This document shows positions 1 to 10,687 of a DNA stretch of 64,000 nucleotides, piece by piece. Source of the DNA: Lingula anatina (taxonomy: Eukaryota > Animalia > Brachiopoda); NCBI GenBank assembly GCA_051362555.1, contig CM120648.1, forward strand, positions 15,992,587 to 16,056,586, written 5' to 3'. Each line of letters starts with the position of its first letter. Position 1 is the first letter of the stretch. A program made the position numbers and the translations under genes. The notes below the pieces were generated by a model. The model saw nothing but the letters and a program-made list of their open reading frames with translations. It was not told the origin of the DNA and did no database searches.

Positions 1-375
1 GTGAACAAAAATATTTCGTAGGCTTCTCTCCTTCCTCAATCCATCTGCATTTTGCTCGGACGAGGACTCCTTTTAGTTTTTCTTGTCTGATATTTTTCAA
101 CGCCTCCCTCTTAGCCTCAAGTTCGTCCAAAGAATTTTCATTTGGGTGGTTCATTTCCATTACATAAATTTCTCTTTCTAGTTCTAATTCTTGCCTGTCC
201 CTTTGTTTTTTCTTGAAAGAGGAATGGGAAATTGTCATTCCTCTAATTTCCATTAAAAGCATTTCTAAAAATAAGGAGTCATCAATAGTGAAAGATATTT
301 GTTCGTTTGGAATTTCTGTAATATTTTCTTCGGCGTACACCGGAACTGCATATTGAACTTTTGTTCTCTTAATTA
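1..375 (-). pseudogene. LINE ORF2 continuation (post-endonuclease linker)
   Basis: Minus strand reads IKRTKVQYAVPVYAEENITEIPNEQISFTIDDSLFLEMLLMEIRGMTISHSSFKKK...KLKGVLVRAKCRWIEEGEKPTKYFCS, the typical Tx1/L1 segment between the APE and RT domains. Confidence 0.88.
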
Positions 376-698
376 CACTCTTGCCCAAAATGGTTGGTAC
401 ACGGAAATTTTGGGAGGCATATTGCCCTGTTTCATTCATTATTATTGTTATTATCAAATTAATACTATTTATATTGTTAAATATGTGAAGCTGGAGGATT
501 GGTAAAGTCAAGGAGAAACAAACAATGCAAATGTGAAAAAAGCGTAAATTTATTTAGGGTATTTTTTCTCATGCCCCCAAAAAGAGTACTTTTTTGCATA
601 ACAGTACCAAGTGAAAAATTAAACATAAATTTATACTGTGATTGACAATTAATATGAAATTAGGGGAAATTGTCAAGAAACATCTTCAGAGTTCATTA

Positions 699-1178
699 TT
701 AATCTAAATAGCGGGCATGCCAACCCCGAGCTTGGATTATGGCCGCCAGACGGCGTGGCATACTGTGAACTAGAGTTACAGCTCTTTGAAGAGGAATTCT
801 GGTCCATTCATCTTGCAGGGCATCTCGCAGTTCATCTAGATTTGCAGGGGGCACGTTTCTCCTCTGAATGGCACGACCAAGTTCGTCCCACATGTGCTCA
901 ATTGGGTTTGCACCTGGGCTTCTTGCTGGCTGTGGCATCGGCTGAATGTTGTTTTTTCGAATATAGTCAGCAATTGAGCGGTCTGTTTGGGGAGTTGGAT
1001 TGTCATGTTGCAATCTAAACTTGTCTCTGTATATTCCTCTTGCGAACGGCTCCAGGTACTGCTGGAGAATGTCTCTGTATCTGGCAGCGTTAAGGTTTTC
1101 ATCCAGAGGAAGCAATGGGCAAATACCGTTGCTGCAAATGGCACCCCAAACATATACAGAACCACCTCCTCCAGCTAT
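699..1178 (-). pseudogene. Mirror copy of the Tc1 transposase C-terminal half on the left arm
   Basis: Same motifs (VWGAI, LQHDN, SPGANPIEHMW) in an open frame; about 17 aa differences from the right arm by eye. Confidence 0.8.
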
Positions 1179-1713
1179 GAGAGTACGTAGGCTCCCTGGG
1201 GAGAGGCTGTTAAATGAAAATATCCAGGAAACAATAGCTGGAGGAGGTGGTTCTGTACATGTATGGGGTGCCATTCGCAGCAACGGTATATGCCCATTGC
1301 TTCCCCTGGATGAAAACCTTAACGCTGCCAGATACAGAGACATTCTCCAGCAGAACCTGGAGCCGTTCGCAAGACGGATATACAGAGACAAGTTAAGATT
1401 GCAACACGACAATCCAACTCCTCAAACAGTCCGCTTAATTGCAGACTTTATCCTACAAAACAACATTCAGCTGATGCCACAGCCAGCAAGAAGCCCAGAT
1501 GCAAACTCAATTGAGCACATGTGGGACGAACTTGGTCGTGCTATTCAGAGGAGAAACCTTCCCCCTGCAAATCTAGATGAACTGCGAGTTGCCCTTCAAG
1601 ATGAATGGACCAGAATTCCTCTCCAAAGAGCTGTAACTCTAGTTCACAGTATGCCACGCCGTCTGGCGGCCAGTATCCAAGCTCGGGGTGGGCATGCCCG
1701 CTATTTAGATTAA
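1177..1713 (+). CDS. N-terminally truncated Tc1 transposase (catalytic C-terminal half, 178 aa)
   Basis: Motifs GGGSVHVWGAI, LQHDN, PARSPDANSIEHMWDEL and SMPRRL...ARGGHARY; 34 residues between the D and E (DD34E). The ATG at 1177 lies at the arm/spacer junction. No HTH domain and no first catalytic D. Confidence 0.75.
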   Translation: MRVRRLPGERLLNENIQETIAGGGGSVHVWGAIRSNGICPLLPLDENLNAARYRDILQQNLEPFARRIYRDKLRLQHDNPTPQTVRLIADFILQNNIQLMPQPARSPDANSIEHMWDELGRAIQRRNLPPANLDELRVALQDEWTRIPLQRAVTLVHSMPRRLAASIQARGGHARYLD

Positions 1714-2037
1714 TAATGAACTCTGAAGATGATTCTTGACAATCCCCCCTAATTTCATATTAATTGTCAATCACAGTATAAATTTATGTTTAATTTTTCA
1801 CTTGGTACTGTTATGCAAAAAAAGTACTCTTTTTGGGGGCATGAGAAAAAATACCCTAAATAAATTTACGCTTTTTTCACATTTGCATTGTTTGTTTCTC
1901 CTTGACTTTACCAATCCTCCAGCATCACATATTTAACAATATAAACAGTATTAATTTGATAATATCAATAATAATGAAAGAAACAGGGCGATACGCCTCC
2001 CAAAATTTCCGTGTACCAACCATTTTGGGCAAGAGTG

Positions 2038-2838
2038 TATGTCCTTCACTTTACTCACATATTCCTCATCTTTTAAGAGGGAACTGTTAAATACCCAAGT
2101 GCCTTTGCCCTTAATAAATTTATTTAGCTTTAATTCTAAAATTACGGGTGAATGATCAGATCGGTATGATGCCTTAATAAAAATATTAGAAACTGAATTT
2201 TGAAGGTTATCCGCAATTAAAAAGAAATCTAGTCTAGCCTGCCTTCTGGGATTCCTTCTTCTCCATGTGAATCTCCTCTCGTCAGGGTAGAGAAGTCTGA
2301 AATAGTCAATTATATTTAGGTCATTCATAACTTCAAGTAATTTTTGCCTAGCTCTAGGGTTATTCACATTTGCATAATTTTCTGTGTCTATATCAGGGTT
2401 TAAAGTAAGATTAAAGTCACCGCAGATCAAGAAATTTTCATTATTAAAGTCTATTATTATATCTCGTACCTGTTCATAAAAATCTGGAGTATCCCTGTTC
2501 GGGCCATAAATGTTGATTAATGTGAATCTATTTTTTTCTATATTTACATCAAGAGCTAAAAGATTGCCGTCGTTTGTTTTAAATTCCTTAAGGTACTCGA
2601 ATTCAAAATTATTATTTATTAAAATTGCAACACCCCGAGAGTTAGTAGAAAAGAAATTAAAATATGCTTTGTAACCCCATTCTGATAAGATCCTTTTTTC
2701 TTCATGACTGTCAAAATGGGTATCCTGCAAACATACTATATGATATTTCTTTGATCTGTAGAAGTGAAAAATATCTCTTCTCTTTGTAGAGTCTCTCAGG
2801 CCTTGACAGTTAATAGAAGCGATCTTAATTGAATTCAT
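2038..2838 (-). CDS. LINE ORF2 apurinic-like endonuclease domain (interrupted by the Tc1 insertion)
   Basis: SINCQGL, CLQDTH, NIYGPN, GDFN, RLDFFL and SDHSPV motifs. The ORF-track tail IHSCPKW... is read-through into the Tc1 TIR. Confidence 0.93.
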
Positions 2839-3445
2839 GCTAAGTGGTAAAAAAAAACCTGTTAGTAAACACAATACACTGCTATTCACGGGCATACGAT
2901 GATTAGGTACATTTTTTTTTTATGTTATTGAAAGAGAATATGCTCGAGTACAGCAATGATAGTATGACTGAGAGGAGTATTCTAGTTTGACATTCCTAAA
3001 TCTAACATGCCGTGATATACATGTAAGAGTGTTCCTTTCTTCACAATAGAACAAAGATAGGAAGCTAACAGTGAGCATCTCATAGTAATGTGCTACCAAC
3101 CATAATTTTACGCAAGCATACACTATCACACACACACGCATGAATGAATAATTTCTATACCCTTGCACAGGGAACATAATAGATACAGTACAACCGGAGT
3201 GATGTCTACTCAGGTCTTGCAGCTCAAGCTGTGTCAGTCAACCAGATAATAGTCATCAAGGAGATAGTAATCTGAAAAATATTACGTACAATAAATATAC
3301 ATATGGCTTCTATATCACATTATTGGTAAATTAAACACAGTGTATTGTTCAGGTAGAAGAAGCAATAAGTTACAGTTATTTCGTTTACCACAGTTCATAA
3401 GTACACTGTATTCAGTCTACTGTTTACATTGTACATGTAGGTGGA

Positions 3446-3516
3446 TTATGAGCCACGATACTTCTTTATTTTTTCTTCTATATTGTCAAAAAGGTCAAAT
3501 TTAATTCTTTTCCCAG
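3446..3516 (-). pseudogene. LINE ORF1 C-terminal piece
   Basis: Joins 11112 across the CCAG TSD to give AQKSTG-KRIKFDLFDNIEEKIKKYRGS*. Confidence 0.85.
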
Positions 3517-3940
3517 TGTCCGGAACCACGCAATTTTAGATATAAACGTAATTTAGACTTGAGCTCGAAATGCGGACACCGTTGGATACTTTAGTTAGGA
3601 TAACGCTTTAGTATATAGCCTTCCAGATTCGCGGTCGAAATCTTTACGTCTAGACGCTACAGAGGAAATCCACACTGACAAAAATGACCAGTTTCAATCG
3701 TTTAATGTGAACTCGTTGCCTGCTCAGGTACATTCTGACTCTCTCTTCAATATTACAACCTTTAGTACGTACTCCAGCCAATGGCTTCATACACTTCCTT
3801 ATCACTGGCTTCTTAATGCGACAGGTAAACAAGCCCTACTCAGCCTCTTCAAAATTGACACAACGTATTATAGAGAATACAATAAAAGTTATGACTTGAA
3901 ATTATTGACATCGTCTATGAAATATTAAATGTCTCCGACA
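3517..3940 (-). repeat. 3' LTR of Gypsy element
   Basis: Direct repeat of 10688-11111 at offset 7171 with no difference seen; TGT...ACA termini. Confidence 0.97.
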
Positions 3941-3956
3941 TATTCCTCCCTTTCCC
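3941..3956 (-). promoter_or_regulatory. Polypurine tract
   Basis: Minus strand GGGAAAGGGAGGAATA immediately before the TGT of the 3' LTR. Confidence 0.85.
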
Positions 3957-5976
3957 AAACAAAGAAAAATGGAATATATATATGAAATTTTTCTTACTTT
4001 GTAGACGTTCAAATAATTATACGGCCTTACTTAAAATGAGAATCTCAATTAAACCCTGCAAGCATTACCATGGAAACCCTATTTACCAGATTATTTTAAT
4101 CTAATAATAATAATAATAATGTACGCTACACACTAAGTATTATGCACTTTGCTATTAGCACCAGGAAAATTATAGTCATTAAAACAACACCAGGAACATA
4201 TATATATGCATCAAAAAGTTAGCAATAGTAATAATAACAATGATTCTGAGCAAGCAACACCTTGAATAAGCAAATGTAAAACGGTGCTGAGAGCCGGCTG
4301 CGCCAGCCTCTCCCTATTTTTTCTTTAGGAAGAGGGACATAGGTTTACCCAATTGCTCAGACAGCACAAAAAAAACAACAAAAAATCGAGTTGTCTCTCG
4401 ACCATTTGCTTTAACATTTCTTTCTTTTTAATATATGAGTCATTTGTTCTCTAGTTAGAGTCCATATCTTGTGCGTAGCCAATGCGAAGTGACTACATCC
4501 ACCAGTAAACCCAAACGATTCGTAGCCCACCATGACGATCGGAGCGCCGATGATAATAGCGTCGGAGAGTGCAGGCCGCCCGTGCGTTGTGTAGATTACA
4601 GACAACTCGTAGGATGGAAAAGGGCGATGCCTCCATAGGTGGAACCCCCTCAGCTATCACTCCCCGCTGGTGTTAACATGTCGTAGACCACAAATCGAAG
4701 ACGGCCCGGTAATGGTTGTAGCCGCGCCCTATTTGACACTGCTACGGAATTCGCTCTGAAACTGAAAGTACACTTAAAACGCAAAATGCGGATTTTCTGA
4801 AAAAGAATTCATGTTAATTGAAAAAAAAAATGTTATAAGCGTTAATATTTTATCCTTTTACTCCGTCCACTGGGCTATGGGCTCTCTAGAAGAAAAAAGA
4901 AAAATATCATTAGGGTAGTATACGAAAATCATTATCTATCTACAATAATATTGGAAACCAAAATTACTTGTACATTTCCATGCTTCCTTAGGTCATGCGC
5001 TGTCTACCAGAAAAATGAGAAAAAACATTAGTGCTATATCGAAAATAACCCTATATCCACATTAATTGTATCATAGTTCATAGAATCAAGTGACAAAAAT
5101 ATGGGGTATGTATACCTGCCCTTGCTAGGTATGACATCACCCTCCTCATTCTTTATGAACACATTTTGAATCCAAATTTGAGCTCGCCATGTAAAGAAAA
5201 ATAAATCTTTACAAACTAAATGAAATTCAATATCATTATATTTCAAGACTCCCAGTGGATTCTGGGATAAAATGCTCGTCTTGCTCGGCGTGGCTTCTTG
5301 GATGGTCACCTTAGTAGGCTCTTACTTTTTCTGAAAAATACAAGTTTTACATGAAATTAGCGAATATAATTTCGTGGGATAACCCAAGTACCAGAAAAAA
5401 AAAAAGAAACAAAGAACACCTCACTAGGTAACCCCCTAGTATTATCATGAACATGTCGTTCATGAACAACCTGGCGACACTGGTCAGCACTTTAGAATAT
5501 GCCGATACCAAAAGGAACATTAGCCGCCCATCCTACAAAGTCAAATAACCCTCGTAGTTTTGTCCGAGACGAATGTGCACCTTCGCTCGAACCGACTGGA
5601 CCCGCCCTGGCCAAGGCTGGTACAGCCGTTTGAGAGTCATTTTACCTGCAGAAAGGGTTAAAGTTAACCGTTATCCCCTTCGCCCTTGTTCCCTGTCCAC
5701 TGAGGTTATGTACACCTCCCTCAGTCTGTTCTACGTAATCCCGTGTTACTACGGCGATCCGTATCCATAGTCTACCCTGAGACTACCAGTCTCCTCTTAG
5801 ACTACCAGCGGTTTCTCCCTGGTGACTTCTACCGTCCATACGGCCTTTGTCACCGCCAAAGAGCTGCCTCTGGGTCACTAGGACGCCATCAGGTAGCTGC
5901 TGCCACCCCCATTTCACCCTGGGGCTAAAATACCAAGCAATATGCTTAAAACCGCCATTTTTACTTACCCATGCTC

Positions 5977-8900
5977 CTATCTATGCATGGAGTCCACTTC
6001 CATATTCTCTCCCGACCCACTGTCGGTTATCCTTAACGCCTTGACAGGCTGGGGACCGTCTAGTTCGTCCCCTTCAATCTGCGACAACAGCGCATCTTCC
6101 TGTTCCGTTGCTTGGATACATCTTTTCCTAAACCTTGTATTATGTGAGTGCGTGGGCGTGTGGTGTCGTGTCATGGTGTTATGCTTGCGTTTTGCATGCA
6201 ATGTTGGCCTGCGTGAAGCTGCCTGTGACTCACCTCCAACACTTACCGGCATCTCGGATTCGATCCTCTCCGCTACCTGGCTACGCCCGTTGGAGTTACT
6301 TACCGCTGCGCGCTGGTTGACCTCTGCCCTTGGAGCGTTGGCGTTGACTGGTGTGGTACCAAGTTGCAACTCAGCTCTTATTGGGTTGGGTCGTCTCCTG
6401 AAAACTCGACGCGCACGTGGTCTGATCTCATCCCAGGCTAATCCTCTGTCCACAAGTCTTAATTTGTCCCTGTTCACTACACGCGACTTACCTGTTTGCT
6501 GATGACTTACCCAGAAGACGTTCCCTCTTTGTCTGGTCACTGTCCAGACTGGGTCCCATTTTGATCCAAAAGTCACGTTATCAGGTGCGAAAACAATAAC
6601 TGAATCACCTACCTCAATTTTGTTAGCGTTCGCCTTAGCGTCGAAACGTCTTTTGTTCTCTAATCTAGCTGCCCGAAGATTATCTCGGGCTGCCGTTAGA
6701 GCGTCAGACAGATCACTAAGCCGACCTTTCAAAGGATGATGGTTATTTGATGCACCTAACAACGTCGACAGTGGCATTCTAGGGTTCCTGCCATAAACTA
6801 GGAAAAATGGTGTGTACCCGGTCACTGAGGAAACACTATTCCTGTAAGCAAACAAAGCATTAGCTATCTGCTCTTCCCATGTGCGAGTATTGTTGTTAAC
6901 AAGGCGGGCCAATAATCCTTTGAAACATTGATTAAACTTTTCAACTTTGCCATTACATTTGGGGTTATAAGCTGTGGTCCGCCTATGATCTACACCCATT
7001 GTTTGAAGATAATTGCGAAATTCCCCCGCGCTAAATTCGCTACCTCTATCTGTGATGATAATTTCTGGTATGCTATGTCTGGGAAAGAATTCTGTAGCTA
7101 AAGCCAATTCAACTGCTTTTGAAGACTTGTCCGGAATGGGATAACTTTCGGCCCAACCCGTTAAATAACAAATAACATTCAAACAATACCTGTTTCCCTT
7201 TGGTGATTCTTGAAACGGGCCAATCAGGTCCATACCCACAACTTGAAAGGGGTAAGCGGGCATTGGCAATTCGCCTAAGGTGGTTCTTTGGGGAGTACTT
7301 TTATGGGCTAGACAAGTTGGACATCTTTTTACCCATTTAGAGATGTGTTTTCTCATCCCTTTCCAAACATAACACTCCCTGACTCGGCAGAGTGTCTTAT
7401 ACACGGACATGTGTCCAACATCTTTATGGCAACGGGCAATGATATTGTTTCTGAACCGTTTGGGTAGCACTAGACGCGGATAATCGGGTTCTGTCGGATT
7501 AGGTGGTCTGACCGAGTAAAGAATCCCTTGAAGAATTTCGTAATCCGAGTCTTCGTTTTGAGCTTCGGCTATCTCCGCCGGAAATTCCGCGATTTGATGT
7601 TGTCGTATGTCATCAACATTTAATCCATCGGCTTCTATCGGGATGTTATGTAAAGCCATGCTATCAGGAAATGACCTCGGATCCACCCAATCCTCTTCCG
7701 TGTCGATAATGGCTACTTCCTCGCGCTCTGATGGGAGTCTACTCAGAAAATCCGCGCACACGTTTTTCGCGCCTTTTATGTATTCAATTTTAGGATTATA
7801 TTCAGCTAAAATTGCCGCCCATCTTTGTAACCTTGCATTTTGCAGTTTAGAAGAAAATAGCGCTTTCAGGGGTTTATGGTCGGTGTAAATGGTCAAATCT
7901 GCCCCCCACAAATACGGTCGCAATTTGTTGACATTGTACATGACCGCGTACGCTTCTTTTTCGATGGTCGAGTACCGTTGTTGACTGGGTGACAATTTGT
8001 GGCTGACATACTGAACCACTCTATCTTTCCCTTGTTCGTCTGTCTGCACCAAAACACCGCCTATCGCGTGATTACAAGCGTCCGTGTAGAGTTTGTACGG
8101 CTCGTTTATTCGCGGGTGCGCCATCACTTTGTTGGACATAAGCAGTTCTTTTAATCTGTCGAAACTTCTCTGATGCTCTTCCCTCCACTCAAATCGCTCG
8201 TTTTTCTTTGTTAGTTTGTACAATGGGGCTGCTACTCTTGCAAAATCAGGGACCGTACGCGCATAATAGTTACATGTGCCTAAAAAGGACCTAACATCTT
8301 TCGCTTTTCGCGGCGTCGGCATGTTTTTAATTGGTTGTAATTTGTTGGGATTGCTGCGAATCCCGTCTTTGCTTATGATGTAACCGAGGAGATGTACTTC
8401 ACTTTTGGCAAATTCGCATTTCTTTGGATGGATTTTGAGGTTAGCTTCGCGGAATCTTTCTAAAACCTGACGCACATGTTCGACATGTTCCTCCATTGTT
8501 TTCGAGAAAATCACGCAGTCGTCAATGTAACAGTACACCGACTTCCCAATAAGGCCGTTTAAAACGCGATCTAACAGCTTCTGGTAGTGATTAGGTCCGT
8601 TAACCAAACCAAACGGGACGCGTTTGTATTCAAATAAGCCTTTGTGACAAATGAAAGCGGTTTTGTGCATATCTGCCTCGTCTAACGTGCACTGGTGAAA
8701 CCCCTGTTTCAGGTCCAGGACGCTAAAATACGCCGCTCCTCCCATGTTGTCAAAAATGTCGCTGATAAGTGGCAACGGATACCTATCGACCTTTGTTATC
8801 TCGTTTACTTTGCGATAATCGACGCAAAATCTCATGGAACCGTCTGATTTCGGCGTAAGAAGTACCGGGGAACTCCACTGACTCTGACTCGGCCTAATCA

Positions 8901-9582
8901 CGTCATTATCGAGCAAATTTTGTATTTCCTTTTCTATGAGTTCTCTTTTTGCCAGCGGTGCGCGATAAGCTCGTTGTTGAACGGGTCTATTGTCTCCGGT
9001 GTCGATAATCATTGGCAACAGGTCGCATTTGCCTAGGGGATTCTCGGTCGAACTAAATACGTCGCGGTATTCGTTGATCATCGCGTCAATATCGTCATTT
9101 CCCGATGACGGTGGCAACTGAACTATTTCCGCGATCAGACCTGGCCGTCCATAGTCGGTCAAGGGCCATTCTTTGTCGAAGAAGACCATTGTCTTTTGTA
9201 CGCAATTTATTTCGGCATTCCCGCTCTTTAAAATATCGATCCCCAGTATCATTTCATGCCCGATGTTCGCGATCACCACGACCTCAAAAATACCGGCCCC
9301 GTCAATTTTTATTCTTGCCTTGCCTTTGACCTCGAGTTTCTCTCCCGACACACTGTAAATTTCATTGGTCTTCTCTAAAAAACACGTTCTACCCGTTGCT
9401 TTGCAGATTTTCAAAAACATGTCTAAACGCAGGCAACTACAACTGGCACCACTGTCAATCAAGCTTTTACACTGCACTCCGTTAACGGATAGTGCTACGC
9501 CTAATCTATAACTCTGTGGTCTGGTCATAGCGCCTGCGGTAACTAGTTTAAATGATTCCTTTGACGTTTTAATTGATAACAT
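5977..9582 (-). CDS. pol: Gypsy Pol polyprotein (protease, RT, RNase H, integrase), probably expressed by -1 frameshift from gag
   Basis: LIDSGAS (PR); SPVLLTPK, FGLVNGP, YIDD (RT); YTDAC, EKE, TDH, ADFLSR (RH); HHCC zinc finger plus GMDL/TDRG/KVEKFN DDE (IN). Confidence 0.97.
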   Translation of the reverse strand: MLSIKTSKESFKLVTAGAMTRPQSYRLGVALSVNGVQCKSLIDSGASCSCLRLDMFLKICKATGRTCFLEKTNEIYSVSGEKLEVKGKARIKIDGAGIFEVVVIANIGHEMILGIDILKSGNAEINCVQKTMVFFDKEWPLTDYGRPGLIAEIVQLPPSSGNDDIDAMINEYRDVFSSTENPLGKCDLLPMIIDTGDNRPVQQRAYRAPLAKRELIEKEIQNLLDNDVIRPSQSQWSSPVLLTPKSDGSMRFCVDYRKVNEITKVDRYPLPLISDIFDNMGGAAYFSVLDLKQGFHQCTLDEADMHKTAFICHKGLFEYKRVPFGLVNGPNHYQKLLDRVLNGLIGKSVYCYIDDCVIFSKTMEEHVEHVRQVLERFREANLKIHPKKCEFAKSEVHLLGYIISKDGIRSNPNKLQPIKNMPTPRKAKDVRSFLGTCNYYARTVPDFARVAAPLYKLTKKNERFEWREEHQRSFDRLKELLMSNKVMAHPRINEPYKLYTDACNHAIGGVLVQTDEQGKDRVVQYVSHKLSPSQQRYSTIEKEAYAVMYNVNKLRPYLWGADLTIYTDHKPLKALFSSKLQNARLQRWAAILAEYNPKIEYIKGAKNVCADFLSRLPSEREEVAIIDTEEDWVDPRSFPDSMALHNIPIEADGLNVDDIRQHQIAEFPAEIAEAQNEDSDYEILQGILYSVRPPNPTEPDYPRLVLPKRFRNNIIARCHKDVGHMSVYKTLCRVRECYVWKGMRKHISKWVKRCPTCLAHKSTPQRTTLGELPMPAYPFQVVGMDLIGPFQESPKGNRYCLNVICYLTGWAESYPIPDKSSKAVELALATEFFPRHSIPEIIITDRGSEFSAGEFRNYLQTMGVDHRRTTAYNPKCNGKVEKFNQCFKGLLARLVNNNTRTWEEQIANALFAYRNSVSSVTGYTPFFLVYGRNPRMPLSTLLGASNNHHPLKGRLSDLSDALTAARDNLRAARLENKRRFDAKANANKIEVGDSVIVFAPDNVTFGSKWDPVWTVTRQRGNVFWVSHQQTGKSRVVNRDKLRLVDRGLAWDEIRPRARRVFRRRPNPIRAELQLGTTPVNANAPRAEVNQRAAVSNSNGRSQVAERIESEMPVSVGGESQAASRRPTLHAKRKHNTMTRHHTPTHSHNTRFRKRCIQATEQEDALLSQIEGDELDGPQPVKALRITDSGSGENMEVDSMHR

Positions 9583-10622
9583 TCCGCTCTTTTATGCCCC
9601 GGTTTGTTGCAGTGAAAACATAATAACGTACCGTCTTCGCGCCAACCTGCAATATCTCGGTAAGCCCGCGGTGAACCGTAACCTCTCTGTTTACGCGATT
9701 GTTGGTGTGGCTTCTGTATACGATTTCGCGCCGTAGGAGTGTGGTCTGGAGAGTTGTACACGTGCGTTTCCACTTTTGCGATACGCGTTTGCATGCGCTC
9801 CTGCGCTTTAAGTGCTTGTTGTATGCTTTTGGAGGTCTCTTGTAATTGGGATAAAAGTAATGCCGTATCTTTATTAATCGCGTTCATAGAAGATATATCC
9901 ATATCTTCCTCTACCCTTGGTGAAACAACCGTCGCGGCAAATTTGTTTTGTGCGATGACGTTAGTCTGCGGCGCGTGATGACCTTGCGTGGTCATTTGTC
10001 GAAAAATTTCTCTCCCGCAATTTTCGTTTTCAGTCCACTGAATGGCTGCCTCCAGAGTTTCAGGTCGACCCCTGACTATTAATTCCTCAGCCAATCTCTG
10101 ATCCAACAACCCGCGCGTATATGCTCTCACGATAAATCTCTCCGTATCCGCGCCACGTGGAGCGGCGTACGCGCGGCTTGCCGCCTCCCTAAACCTTCTA
10201 TTAAATTCCAGCAACGTCTCGAACGATGCTTGTCGTAAAACCTCCAATTCCGATTTAAGGCGCTCGGATTCATTCGCCGATAAGAAAGATCGCTGTATGT
10301 GTTCTTTAATTACTCTCCACGGGGTTTCTAGCCTTGCCGGCTGCGTTTGTAAAAACCTTTCTATCTCCCTCCTAAGGGCCCCCCTTGACGTTTTCGTTAC
10401 CAATTTAACTGCTCCCCCGACAATATCATGTAAAGAAGCATACATTACCTCTAGGTCGTCTAAGTACGACCTTACCTCCGACACCACTGCTCCGTCGCAG
10501 ACTGTTATACCTTTAGCCGCCTCTTCTATTCTCCTCTCTTTGATAGAACGCACATGCCCTCCTTGAATGTCCTGTGCAATTATTTGCAGCGTCTCCACGA
10601 GTTGCTGCATCCCCTCGGCCAT
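9543..10622 (-). CDS. gag: Gypsy Gag
   Basis: 359-aa ORF right after the 5' LTR/PBS, with capsid-like LRQ...EFNRRF region and a C-terminal CCHC knuckle CFHCNKPGHKRAEC. Confidence 0.93.
   Translation of the reverse strand: MAEGMQQLVETLQIIAQDIQGGHVRSIKERRIEEAAKGITVCDGAVVSEVRSYLDDLEVMYASLHDIVGGAVKLVTKTSRGALRREIERFLQTQPARLETPWRVIKEHIQRSFLSANESERLKSELEVLRQASFETLLEFNRRFREAASRAYAAPRGADTERFIVRAYTRGLLDQRLAEELIVRGRPETLEAAIQWTENENCGREIFRQMTTQGHHAPQTNVIAQNKFAATVVSPRVEEDMDISSMNAINKDTALLLSQLQETSKSIQQALKAQERMQTRIAKVETHVYNSPDHTPTARNRIQKPHQQSRKQRGYGSPRAYRDIAGWREDGTLLCFHCNKPGHKRAECYQLKRQRNHLN
9546..9552 (-). promoter_or_regulatory. -1 ribosomal frameshift slippery heptamer U UUA AAC
   Basis: gag ends CAT TTA AAC TAG; pol continues in the -1 frame (TCA TTT AAA CTA GTT). 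Confidence 0.75.
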
Positions 10623-10664
10623 TGTGTAAGCTCAGATATTCCTCTTGCGAAACGTAAAAATTTT

Positions 10665-10682
10665 AACTGGCGAGCGACGCCA
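10665..10682 (-). promoter_or_regulatory. Primer-binding site (priming tRNA not assigned)
   Basis: TGGCGTCGCTCGCCAG starts 5 nt after the 5' LTR end; TGG is complementary to tRNA CCA. Confidence 0.6.
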
Positions 10683-10687
10683 AAACG

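Larger units (their letters stand above)
376..2037. mobile_element. Palindromic (foldback) Tc1/mariner derivative made of two inverted 3' halves of a DD34E element
   Basis: Both ends read CACTCTTGCCCAAAATGGTTGGTACACGG inward and are flanked by TA (374-375, 2038-2039). Arms 376-~1178 and ~1234-2037 are reverse complements around a ~55-bp spacer. Confidence 0.95.

Noticed and set aside
699-1713. Two 237-aa ORFs on opposite strands as separate genes
   Set aside because: They are mirror products of the palindrome; their N-terminal ~60-75 residues are antisense transposase sequence.
3650-3928. Short ORFs repeated at 10821-11099
   Set aside because: They lie inside the LTRs; the repetition reflects LTR identity, not coding.
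5942-10566. Plus-strand ORFs overlapping gag/pol
   Set aside because: Antisense shadows of the retroelement ORFs with no motifs.
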